This document shows positions 1-8,715 of a stretch of 64,000 nucleotides of DNA, piece after piece (within the stretch, counting starts at the first letter, position 1; each line of letters starts with the position of its first letter). A program made the translations under genes and the position numbers. The stretch spans positions 1,780 through 65,779 of the IMG/VR virus record IMGVR_UViG_3300033061_002769; one strand, 5' to 3'. This stretch comes from a virus. Taxonomy: Duplodnaviria > Caudoviricetes. Under the pieces are notes generated by a model, which saw only the letters and a program-made list of their open reading frames with translations, ran no database searches and had not been told where the DNA came from.

Positions 1-42
1 GATTTGTCCGGATCGGGTTCCTTGCGCCAAGGTGTTTGAATT

Positions 43-990
43 ATGACTAAACCGATGGAGTGGTGTGAAGGTCAACCGAATGACCCGCAACCAATCTTTT
101 ATGCGGGTGTAAACGCTTCGAGTCATCTGCGTGCTCTGCTCGACGCAAATATGAATTCTATTTGTATCAGTTATTATACGCAGAGGCAGTCTCTATTTAG
201 CAAACGGGAACCTTATTGGTTAAAGCTGGCTAAAAAAGGCAAGCTTCGGGTTATGGCTGATTCAGGAGCTTTCAGTTTTTTAATTCGCGCTTACAATAAG
301 CGTGAGTCTGAGAAGGAGATTCTCAAACAGATAGATTCTTATCTTTTTGGTGGTCAAAGCAATCCCTTTGGATATGTAAGTTGGATTCATTCCTATAGTC
401 ATCTTCTTGACTTCTATATCACTTTTGATTATCGGATCAGTTGCTCCCTGATCTATGCTATGACAGAGCGGCTCAACAAAGCGGGTATTTGTCCTGTTCC
501 AGTATATCATGGGGATTCGTCAGGAGATTGGTTGAGACGTTATGCAGAAGAAGGACACAAACTGATCGCGGTCAGCGATTCCTACTTTATGCATGAGAAA
601 ATAAAGTTGAGAAGATTTCTTGATCAGGTTTTTTCCCTCGGTACAAAACTTGGTCTGAATTACCACGGTCTCGGAATCACAGGTAACGAGATGTGGGAAT
701 ATCCTTGGTACAGTGTTGATTCGACAAGTTGGAGAAAGGTGGCTGGGTTTGGGAATATCTTAGTACCGCAAGGATACAGACTTGTATCGTTTCCTGTTTC
801 AGAGGAAAATCCAAAAACCATTGTGAAGGAATCTGCGGGTATCTTGGAGAAGGTCTTGCATGGCAGATTCTCTATAGATGTTCTTAGGAAATCCTTCAAT
901 GCTCGTATGTGTTTTAATGCCTTGATGCTGAAGGAATTCACTGAAAGAAGAAAAGGAGTTTCATGTCTGAAGAAAGCAACTTTGTTTTGA
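43..990 (+). CDS. dpdA: DpdA-like (TGT-fold) 7-deazaguanine DNA transglycosylase
   Basis: TGT/DpdA-type motifs MADSGAFS, PVPVYHG, HGLGIT and SVDSTSW; immediately upstream of folE. Confidence 0.7.
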   Translation: MTKPMEWCEGQPNDPQPIFYAGVNASSHLRALLDANMNSICISYYTQRQSLFSKREPYWLKLAKKGKLRVMADSGAFSFLIRAYNKRESEKEILKQIDSYLFGGQSNPFGYVSWIHSYSHLLDFYITFDYRISCSLIYAMTERLNKAGICPVPVYHGDSSGDWLRRYAEEGHKLIAVSDSYFMHEKIKLRRFLDQVFSLGTKLGLNYHGLGITGNEMWEYPWYSVDSTSWRKVAGFGNILVPQGYRLVSFPVSEENPKTIVKESAGILEKVLHGRFSIDVLRKSFNARMCFNALMLKEFTERRKGVSCLKKATLF

Positions 991-1571
991 GTTCTGGTAC
1001 TCGGGATCAGATACGGCGTGGGGTACTTTCATTGGTTGATGATTTATCTCTTGCTTCTGATCTGGATTCTCACCACTTTGATGGTACCCCGACTCGGGTG
1101 GTCAAAGCCTACGAGGAACTGTTTTCGGGTCTTGGTAAGGACCCGACTTCGGTTCTGACTATTGACTTCCCAGATGGCAACTAGGTCGAGTTCATTGGAG
1201 TCTGCAATATTGATTTTGTCAGCGTTTGTGCTCACCATCTGTTGCCGTTTGTCGGTTATGCGCATTTTGCTTATCTGCCCGATGGTAAAGTTGTAGGACT
1301 GTCTAAGATTCCCCGTCTGATTGATATTCTGGCCCGACGGCCGCAGATTCAGGAAAATCTGACTCGACAGATTGTAGATGTGTTTCAGAAGACTGTCGAG
1401 CCGCGAGGCTGCGCAGTAGTTATCGATGCTTGGCATGCCTGTGTAGCCATTCGTGGCGTTCAGAAACCGCGGACTATGATGCGGACTAGCGCCTTGACGG
1501 GTTGGTTTCTAGAGAAATCAGATTTGAAGCAGGAACTGTTCAGTTTGATCAATCTGGAGGTCAGGAAGTGA
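963..1571 (+). pseudogene. folE: GTP cyclohydrolase I interrupted by one in-frame TAG (1182-1184); pseudogene, readthrough or sequence error
   Basis: One frame reads TPTRVVKAY...[51 protein letters not shown]...RPQIQENLT...HACVAIRGV, i.e. all FolE motifs; the ORF track splits it into 963-1184 and 1242-1571. Confidence 0.85.
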
Positions 1572-3769
1572 TGCCCAACTACGAACAATTCCTTGCCTCC
1601 AAGCAGCGGATCTTTCTGCCTTTGGGACGAGTGGTATCTAGCAAGCAGATTTCAGATCGATTGTTTCCGTTTCAACGAGATCTGGTTCGATGGGCTGTAG
1701 CTAAAGGACAATGCGCAATCTTTGCGGATACGGGTCTTGGTAAGACTAGAATGCAATTGGAATGGGGGCGATTGATTACGAGTGATCCGGCGTTGTTTGT
1801 TGCTCCCTTGAGCGTGGCACGACAGACGATTCGGGAAGGGGAACGGATCGGAGTCGTTCCGACTTACAGTAGAGATGGTTCTGTTTATCGTTTCACGATT
1901 ACTAACTATGAAATGGTTGGTAGTTTTGATCCGAAGGACTTTGCTGCCATTGTCCTCGATGAGAGTTCGATACTTAAAGGGTTGGATGGTAAGACCCGCA
2001 AGTTGCTTACCGAGCGTTTTCATAACGTACCGTACAAATTATGCTGTTCGGCCACCCCAGCACCAAACGATATTACCGAGATTGCCAACCATGCCGAATT
2101 TCTCGGGATCTGTTCCCGGGTAGATATGCTGGCAACCTTCTTTGTGCATGATGATGAGGGCTGGCGTCTCAAAGGTCATGCTGAAGATGCCTTTTACCAT
2201 TGGTTGGCAAGCTGGGGTATGTCGATTCGTTTTCCATCGGATCTTGGTTACGATGATGATGGATTTATTCTTCCCAAGCTTATCATGGAGCCCATCTTTG
2301 TATCAATGAACTCCCGTCCGAAGGGGCGTTTGTTTTGGGCGGGATCGTTGCAAGGTATTACTGAGCGGATCGATGTGCGCCGATCTTCCGCCCCTGCCCG
2401 GTTGGATGCAGTTGTGGATCTGGTAAATGGAAACAAAGATCAGTGGATTCTTTGGTGTGGGCTCAATCTGGAAAGCACCGAGTTAGCGAAGAGGATCGAG
2501 GGATCGGTGGCAGTGTCAGGAAACGATTCAGCCGAGACGAAGGCGGCAGCGTTCGAGGCTTTTCAGGATGGAAAATTTCGTCATCTTATTACCAAACCCC
2601 GCATCGGCGGGTTTGGAATGAACTTTCAGAACTGTCACAATATGGCCTTTGTCGGTTTGGGGGACTCCTGGGAGGCGTATTATCAATGCGTCCGACGGTG
2701 TTATCGTTTTGGCCAGAATGAGCAAGTTCGGGCCTATGTGGTATTATCCGATGCCGAGCGCTGCGTTTTTGAAAATGTCATGTCGAAACAGAAGGAGGCT
2801 GATATAATGGCAAACAAACTAATAGCCCATGTTAAGGAGTTTGAACGAGCGACAGTTCGCAGCCCCACGCGGGCGGTTCAAAGTAACCTGCCCTACGTGA
2901 AAGACGGGAGCAAGGGCCAAGGTTGGAAAATGCTCTTAGGTGACAGCGCCGAACGACTGAAGGAACTGAAAACTGACAGTATCGCCTTGTCGTTATTCTC
3001 TCCGCCATTCCTCAGTTTATACGTTTACAGCGCTACTGAGCGTGATTTGGGAAATTCCCGGACGGCTGAGGAGTTTTGGAAACACTTCACGTTTATCAGC
3101 AAGGAACTTTTACGGGTTACCATGCCGGGGCGGAATTGCTGCGTGCATGTTTCGCAGGTGCCTTCGTTTAAGTATATCGATGGGTATATCGGACTGAAGG
3201 ATCTGCGGGGAGATTGCATTCAGAACTTTCGCGAGAATGGTTGGGTTTACCATGGAGATGTCTGTATTGACAAAGATCCGCAGGTACAGGCTATACGATC
3301 CCATTCCAAAGCTTTGCTGTTTGTCCAATTGAAAAAGGACGCGGCTTGGTTGCGTCCGGGTCTGGCCGACTTCATTCTGGTTTTTCAGAAACCGGGTGAC
3401 AATCCGATTCCGATCCACCCGGATATCACCAACGAACAGTGGATTGAATGGGCACACCCGGTTTGGTATGGAATCAAAGAGACCGAGACTCTCAACGTTC
3501 GGGTGGCGCGGGAGGAAAAAGACGAGCGGCATATCGCTCCCTTGCAATTGGGAGTGATAGAACGTTGCATCCGGTTGTGGTCGAATGAGGGTGAATTGGT
3601 TCTTTCTCCGTTTGCAGGTATCGGTTCTGAGGGATATATGGCGGTGCAGTTGAAGCGGCACTTCGTAGGGATTGAACTGAAACCGTCGTACTATAAGACT
3701 GCCGTGGCCAATCTGCGAAAAGCGGAAGGGCGGGTGTGGCGGAAGAAATTGATTGAGGAGGAAAAGTGA
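1571..3769 (+). CDS. SF2 (SNF2-like) helicase fused to an N4/N6 DNA methyltransferase
   Basis: Helicase motifs DTGLGKT, VLDESS, SATP and QCVRRCYRFGQ; methylase motifs SPPF, LSPFAGIGS and GIELK; start taken at ATG 1571 (TGATG overlap with the folE stop). Confidence 0.85.
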   Translation: MPNYEQFLASKQRIFLPLGRVVSSKQISDRLFPFQRDLVRWAVAKGQCAIFADTGLGKTRMQLEWGRLITSDPALFVAPLSVARQTIREGERIGVVPTYSRDGSVYRFTITNYEMVGSFDPKDFAAIVLDESSILKGLDGKTRKLLTERFHNVPYKLCCSATPAPNDITEIANHAEFLGICSRVDMLATFFVHDDEGWRLKGHAEDAFYHWLASWGMSIRFPSDLGYDDDGFILPKLIMEPIFVSMNSRPKGRLFWAGSLQGITERIDVRRSSAPARLDAVVDLVNGNKDQWILWCGLNLESTELAKRIEGSVAVSGNDSAETKAAAFEAFQDGKFRHLITKPRIGGFGMNFQNCHNMAFVGLGDSWEAYYQCVRRCYRFGQNEQVRAYVVLSDAERCVFENVMSKQKEADIMANKLIAHVKEFERATVRSPTRAVQSNLPYVKDGSKGQGWKMLLGDSAERLKELKTDSIALSLFSPPFLSLYVYSATERDLGNSRTAEEFWKHFTFISKELLRVTMPGRNCCVHVSQVPSFKYIDGYIGLKDLRGDCIQNFRENGWVYHGDVCIDKDPQVQAIRSHSKALLFVQLKKDAAWLRPGLADFILVFQKPGDNPIPIHPDITNEQWIEWAHPVWYGIKETETLNVRVAREEKDERHIAPLQLGVIERCIRLWSNEGELVLSPFAGIGSEGYMAVQLKRHFVGIELKPSYYKTAVANLRKAEGRVWRKKLIEEEK

Positions 3770-4860
3770 AAATAGCAATGAAGAGTTTGCGTGAAGCTTA
3801 CCAGATTGTAGATGCAGTCAGCAGCCACGCTGGGCTTCTGTGCAGCCAATTTGTCAGGACGGAAGTCAGTCCTAAATGTCTGACCATGAATCTGACCGGG
3901 TTGGCGCTGGCAGAAGCGTCAGTAGTTGGAGGTGACATTTCGGTTGAAAAAGAAAAGGTTATCCCAAAGAAGATCTTGTATCTGGATCGTCGTCTATTTG
4001 GAGGTTTTCTGTCGGCTCATCCACGTGCGGAGAGTATGTCATTTCGCATTGCGGATGAACAGGTGATCCTGCGGTGTGGGTCCCATCAATTGAGCATCAG
4101 CAATGCCGAGATCTCCGGTTACCAGACTTGGAAACCATCCGAGGCCAAACCTTTGACGCTCCGAAAGGCCGAGTTGCAGCAATTGACTCTGCTGCGGGAT
4201 TATGTATCGGATACGTCGGCCGCCGATCATTTGAACGCCATTCGTTTGGTGTCCAAGTACGGAGCTATCGCCACCGACAGTTTTGCCATGGCTGCTGTGC
4301 TGGATTCCGAAACCCGGCTGAAGGGATTCTTTCCGTCGCTTCTTCCACGGTTGATTTCCGGGGAACCGAAAGCGGTGATAGAACCGGGCGGAGTTGGTAT
4401 TCTTTTTCCAATCGGCTATTTGTACCAACCGATAAGTGAGAATTGTCTGAAGTCATTTCCTGAGAAGCAACTTCGGGTGATCATTTCGCAAGTTTCGGAG
4501 GCGGGATATCTTGTTGCGTTTCCACTGAAAACTTTACGAGAAGTGTTAAGCCAGCTTACCGCCTTTATCTTTGGTGGAACGGAGTTGCAGACGGCTTTGA
4601 TCCAATGTCAGGCCGGCGCGGCGGGAACCTGTCTTTCCTTAAAATTGCCTCAAGGAGTTACTCAACGGACTTTGAAGATTCCGGTAGCCAAGGAATTTCA
4701 GATGCAGTGGTCTGTGAAGCATCTTATGCCATGGATTCAGGGACTGCCGGATGGAGTGGAGACTGTTGAGTGTCTAAAGCTCGACTTTGGTACTGCGTTT
4801 CGGGCAGCTTGGGAAGGCCGGATTTATCTACTGATGGTTGCTGAGATTGCTGGGGCCTGA
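3766..4860 (+). CDS. Divergent DNA polymerase III beta sliding clamp-like protein
   Basis: 364 aa (DnaN-like length); ATDSFAMA resembles the DnaN ATD-x-x-RLA motif; lies in the replication block. Confidence 0.5.
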   Translation: MKIAMKSLREAYQIVDAVSSHAGLLCSQFVRTEVSPKCLTMNLTGLALAEASVVGGDISVEKEKVIPKKILYLDRRLFGGFLSAHPRAESMSFRIADEQVILRCGSHQLSISNAEISGYQTWKPSEAKPLTLRKAELQQLTLLRDYVSDTSAADHLNAIRLVSKYGAIATDSFAMAAVLDSETRLKGFFPSLLPRLISGEPKAVIEPGGVGILFPIGYLYQPISENCLKSFPEKQLRVIISQVSEAGYLVAFPLKTLREVLSQLTAFIFGGTELQTALIQCQAGAAGTCLSLKLPQGVTQRTLKIPVAKEFQMQWSVKHLMPWIQGLPDGVETVECLKLDFGTAFRAAWEGRIYLLMVAEIAGA

Positions 4861-4866
4861 ATCATG

Positions 4867-4990
4867 GGAAACCGCTCAGAAACGAGCTATAACGAATCCC
4901 CGTCCGAGGGGATATCTAGGGTCCATCCGGGGCCTGACAATCGATTCTGGCTTGGGTCTACGGGCAAATCCGGGGTGTTTTGGGACTGGG
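4867..4990 (+). repeat. ~125-bp intergenic element, copy 1 of 3
   Basis: GGAAACCGCTCAGAAACGAGCTATAACGAATC...GATATCT.GGGTCCATCCGGGGCCTGACAATCGATTCTGG...GTCTACGG recurs on the - strand at 21716-21840 and 43682-43799. Confidence 0.9.
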
Positions 4991-5062
4991 ACATTGCGCA
5001 CGTGCAATTTTTGCGTTTCGGCGGATGAGTGTCTGAAAGGATAGAAAGGCGGAGTAGAAATT

Positions 5063-5464
5063 ATGACCAAAACAAACACAACCATTTTAGCGGTCTTTGC
5101 GGTCCTACTGGCCGCAAACCTCGCAGCGAAGATCAATCGCAACCAACTGGGTTTGATATTCAACCCAGATCATTTCACCCTGGCAGGTGAAACAGTCAGT
5201 CTGAAAACTCAGCAATTCCTGCCGGCCGAGCAGGTTACTGTTCTACTGCAAGGATCAACTACCTGTTTCACCTGCTGGACGTTGCCACAGACTGCCGGAA
5301 CAGCGCGGTCGCGTCAGGTACACCGTAATGGGCTACTCCAGTACGAGGGAGTCGAGTATGTCTATACCGTAGCGACTGCGACGGAGCCCTCGATGATTCG
5401 GTTCACAGCGGAGAACTGGGCGCTGAACGACAAAGTAGGATTGACGTACTACCCGACGCAGTGA
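5063..5464 (+). CDS. Hypothetical protein with hydrophobic N-terminus
   Basis: 133-aa ORF with GGAG RBS upstream; N-terminal hydrophobic stretch. Confidence 0.6.
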   Translation: MTKTNTTILAVFAVLLAANLAAKINRNQLGLIFNPDHFTLAGETVSLKTQQFLPAEQVTVLLQGSTTCFTCWTLPQTAGTARSRQVHRNGLLQYEGVEYVYTVATATEPSMIRFTAENWALNDKVGLTYYPTQ

Positions 5465-5566
5465 GGAAACCATGAGCATTATGTCCCATTTTCTGTTCGG
5501 AGTTCTAATAGGTTGGCTTTCTGGATTTGCGATGGGATGGATAGTCAGAGAAGGAACGAAGAAATA

Positions 5567-5782
5567 ATGATCAACACCCTAACCATCCTCGGTCTCTCGC
5601 TCGGGATCATGAGTGGGTATCTCTATCTGCGCACGCGCCTCGGTCCGTTCCGCCAACTCCAGCGGGCGGCAACATTTGCGCGGGCGTGCGTGATCTGCGC
5701 CGGAAAGGTGGCTCCGGCGATAGTAGGAAATTGGCGCTGGTACTGGCCGGATGCGGTCAGGGAAGCGAAGGAAGGGCAATGA
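5567..5782 (+). CDS. Small membrane protein
   Basis: MINTLTILGLSLGIMSGYLYL hydrophobic helix; ATGA overlap with the next gene. Confidence 0.5.
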   Translation: MINTLTILGLSLGIMSGYLYLRTRLGPFRQLQRAATFARACVICAGKVAPAIVGNWRWYWPDAVREAKEGQ

Positions 5783-5958
5783 CCAACGAACATCCCGAAC
5801 CCTGCCTACGTTGTGGTGGCACAGGAGCAATCCAGGTGGATAATGCAACTCCAGTCACAACCGTGATCGGGATGGTGCCGTGTCCGCATTGTGGCGGGAG
5901 CGGTAAAGTGTACTGCTCTGAATCTATTATTTCACCGCAAATGAAGGAGAAGCCATGA
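5779..5958 (+). CDS. DnaJ-type zinc-finger small protein
   Basis: Two CxxCxGxG motifs (CLRCGGTG, CPHCGGSG). Confidence 0.6.
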   Translation: MTNEHPEPCLRCGGTGAIQVDNATPVTTVIGMVPCPHCGGSGKVYCSESIISPQMKEKP

Positions 5959-6169
5959 GCAACCAGTGCCTCAAACATGAACACGACTGGGAATTGTCCG
6001 GTGGGTGGGGAGTAATAATCGGGCTATCGCGGTGCAAAAAGTGCGGCTGTCTATCGCGAGACGAGTACTTCAAGAAATGGAGGGAATCCCGATGGAACTA
6101 ACGTGTGAGAAACAAGGGAATATCTACGTCCTGCGTGTATATGGTGAGATACGTGGATTCGTGTTTTGG

Positions 6170-7417
6170 TCAGAGGAACTCTTGACCGGCTTTCGCATCA
6201 TCGTGAAACATCTTCACCGTTTCCAGCGAGTATTCGGTCAGGTCCTTGCCGATGAGATCCAGCTTTTTCAATACATCGCTGGTCACGGTGATGATGTGAC
6301 ACCCAACACTCTCCGCGTGAAAGATGTTTAGCAATTCGCGCGGGCTGGCCCAGATCAACTCGCAGCCTGGAACCCCATTCACCATCTCGACCGCTTCCGC
6401 CATCAGAGGCACCGGATCGCGGCCGGTGTCGGCAATCCTGCCCGCGAAAACCGACACGTAGGACGGAACGCCCCCGGTGAGCGCCGCACAGACGTCCCGC
6501 ACCTGCTCCACTGTCAGGATTGCCGTGACGTTCAACTTCACTCCCTGCCGCGAAAGTTTCCGCGCCAAATCGCATGAACTCTCCCGCCGGGTGTTGGTCA
6601 CAGGTATCTTGACGTAAACGTTCGGTCCCCAGGCGGCGATCTCTTTCGCCTGCCGTTCCATTTCCGGGAAGTCATCGGCAAACACCTCAAAGGAAATGGG
6701 CCGGTCCGGTATCGCCCGCAAAATGTCTTTGGCGAAGCTCACGTAGTCCCGAACGCCGGCCTTCCGCATCAGAGTCGGATTGGTGGTGAATCCCCTGACG
6801 AGCGGATTACGGTACAGGTCCAGCATCGCCGCCTTGTCGGCGCCGTCAGCGAAAATTTTGATCTTGAGTTCAGTTACAGAAGGCACTTGACCAAGAATCC
6901 AATCTGCTGCTTCTTGAAGCGATGTGACTCTTATGTCTCCTGGGGGAGATGACTTTTGTTCATCATACCCATAATCAATGAAGACAGTACGGCACCCTGC
7001 ATGCCGCCCCGCTTCAATGTCACGCCACCGATCCCCGATCATGAAACTGTTCGCAAGATCAATGTCATGCCAACGGGCCGCGGCTAACAAGAGCCCGAAA
7101 AGTGGTTTGCGGCAATCGCAAAAATCCGAGTCATCATGACAACAGACTAATATATCGTCCAACAGCAGCACCCTCTTGAGCCGCTCGTGCATTGCGTCTA
7201 CGACTGAGCGGCTTTGTGTACCTCGCGCGACGTCCGGTTGATTGGTAACTACTACCAGCAGGTATCCTCTCCGCTTCAGCCGTTCCAGAACGCCAGCCGC
7301 CTCCGGAAAGATTTCCATCTCTTTGACCGAAGCTGGCGGATAGGGTTTGCCGCCGCGCACTACGACGCGGACCAGCACGCCGTCGCGGTCCAGGAAGACG
7401 GCTCGCTGTTTCACCAT
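6170..7417 (-). CDS. gmhB: Fusion of D,D-heptose-1,7-bisphosphate phosphatase (GmhB, HAD) and transaldolase
   Basis: N-terminal FLDRDG, VVTNQP, CDCRKP and MIGDRWRDIEAG; C-terminal GFTTNPTL, ISFEV, VYVKIP, NVTA, SVFAGRI and WASPRE; no stop at the linker ADWILGQVPSVTELK. Confidence 0.9.
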   Translation of the reverse strand: MVKQRAVFLDRDGVLVRVVVRGGKPYPPASVKEMEIFPEAAGVLERLKRRGYLLVVVTNQPDVARGTQSRSVVDAMHERLKRVLLLDDILVCCHDDSDFCDCRKPLFGLLLAAARWHDIDLANSFMIGDRWRDIEAGRHAGCRTVFIDYGYDEQKSSPPGDIRVTSLQEAADWILGQVPSVTELKIKIFADGADKAAMLDLYRNPLVRGFTTNPTLMRKAGVRDYVSFAKDILRAIPDRPISFEVFADDFPEMERQAKEIAAWGPNVYVKIPVTNTRRESSCDLARKLSRQGVKLNVTAILTVEQVRDVCAALTGGVPSYVSVFAGRIADTGRDPVPLMAEAVEMVNGVPGCELIWASPRELLNIFHAESVGCHIITVTSDVLKKLDLIGKDLTEYSLETVKMFHDDAKAGQEFL

Positions 7418-8007
7418 GCTGATTCCCATTTAGTCTCTGCCTGCTTGAGCTCAGGGTGAGAGACAAGCAAGTGCCAAACCACGGCCTGAAACGCCTCGGT
7501 GTGGGGCGTGACGCGTTGCGGATTCACCGTGGGAACAATGACGCAGGCACCGGCGACTTTCGCGGTGTAGCCGCCGTCTCTGCCGACGATGCCACCGATA
7601 CGCGCACCGACTCCCTTGGCGTAGTCGAGGGCATTCACAATATTGGTGCTGACGTTATGTTCACGGTTGCCGCCGCCCACCGAGAACACCAGAATCATGT
7701 CCTGGCGGCGAAGCCTGCTGGTCTTGAGCCAGGATTCGAAGATCCCGCCCCAACCCTCGTCGTTGGTTCTGGCCGTCAGCTCGGCGACGTTGTCCGTAGG
7801 CGTGTAAGCTTCCATGCCTGTAATCTTTCTGAAATCGTTGACCGCGTGTGAGGCGTTGGCCGCGCTGCCTCCCACCCCCAGCAGAAAGAGTCGTCCACCT
7901 TCCTCTCTGGTTTCCGCGAGCAGCTTGGTCAATTTCTCGATCTTGGCGGTGTCCAACCGCTCCAGCACCTGTTTTGCCTCGCTCAGAAACTGTTCGCTGA
8001 AGTTCAT
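7411..8007 (-). CDS. gmhA: Sedoheptulose-7-phosphate isomerase (SIS domain)
   Basis: GVGGSAANASHAVNDF, LTARTND, SVGGGN and PHTEAFQ; sits within the heptose cluster. Confidence 0.85.
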   Translation of the reverse strand: MNFSEQFLSEAKQVLERLDTAKIEKLTKLLAETREEGGRLFLLGVGGSAANASHAVNDFRKITGMEAYTPTDNVAELTARTNDEGWGGIFESWLKTSRLRRQDMILVFSVGGGNREHNVSTNIVNALDYAKGVGARIGGIVGRDGGYTAKVAGACVIVPTVNPQRVTPHTEAFQAVVWHLLVSHPELKQAETKWESAW

Positions 8008-8708
8008 TTCGCTCCCTGGCTTGAAAGATAGCGGCCCAGTTCTTCAATCCCGGCAAACGATCCGATTTCGTAAAACCGCTCCGGCACTTCGAACGAAGCC
8101 AGTTGGCCCTCTGCCAGAAGCGCCTGGTATAGGCCGGCCAGATCGCAGGCCTGACCCGTGGGTATCCTGTCGAACGCGGACGAACGGAAGTATCCAAGGC
8201 CGTAGTCTATATGAAGCATTTTGGACGTGCGGTTCTTCTTATCGTAGGCTACGATATTGCCATCCGCAAATTCCACATTGCTCGCGTCAAATTGGCCGAG
8301 ATTCCGGTAAACGGTCATCAGGCCCCGCTTTCCGCTCTCGACAAAGGCCCGCTCCACGGACGTGTAGTCGCACGGAAGATAGGAATCTCCGTAAATGACG
8401 CCGAAAGCATCTCCCAGCAGCGGCAACGCATTTCGAATTGCTCCGGCGGTGCCCAGCAGTACGGGACCGTCGAACGCGTACTCGATCTTCAGCCCGAACC
8501 TCTGTCCATCACCGAGAAAATCCGCGATCATTTTACCCCGATATCCCACGAGAAAAACCACGCGCCGAACGCCCGAGGCGGCAAGAAGCCTCATCTGGTG
8601 CACGGCGAACGGCTCTCCGTTGACCTCGACGAGAGCCTTGGGAATCTTCTCGGTTAGGGGCCGGAGCCTCATCGCCACGCCCCCGGCAAGCACCGCAATC
8701 GGCAACAT
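8004..8708 (-). CDS. hddC: Heptose-1-phosphate nucleotidyltransferase (HddC-like)
   Basis: LAGGVAMRLRPLTEKIPKALV, LGTAGA, YGDSY and IDYG; adjacent to hddA and gmhA. Confidence 0.8.
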   Translation of the reverse strand: MLPIAVLAGGVAMRLRPLTEKIPKALVEVNGEPFAVHQMRLLAASGVRRVVFLVGYRGKMIADFLGDGQRFGLKIEYAFDGPVLLGTAGAIRNALPLLGDAFGVIYGDSYLPCDYTSVERAFVESGKRGLMTVYRNLGQFDASNVEFADGNIVAYDKKNRTSKMLHIDYGLGYFRSSAFDRIPTGQACDLAGLYQALLAEGQLASFEVPERFYEIGSFAGIEELGRYLSSQGAK

Positions 8709-8715
8709 AAATCCG

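Noticed and set aside
4838-5163. ORFs 4838-5044 (+) and 4876-5163 (-)
   Set aside because: They run through the intergenic repeat or antisense to 5063-5464; the other repeat copies do not keep these frames as genes
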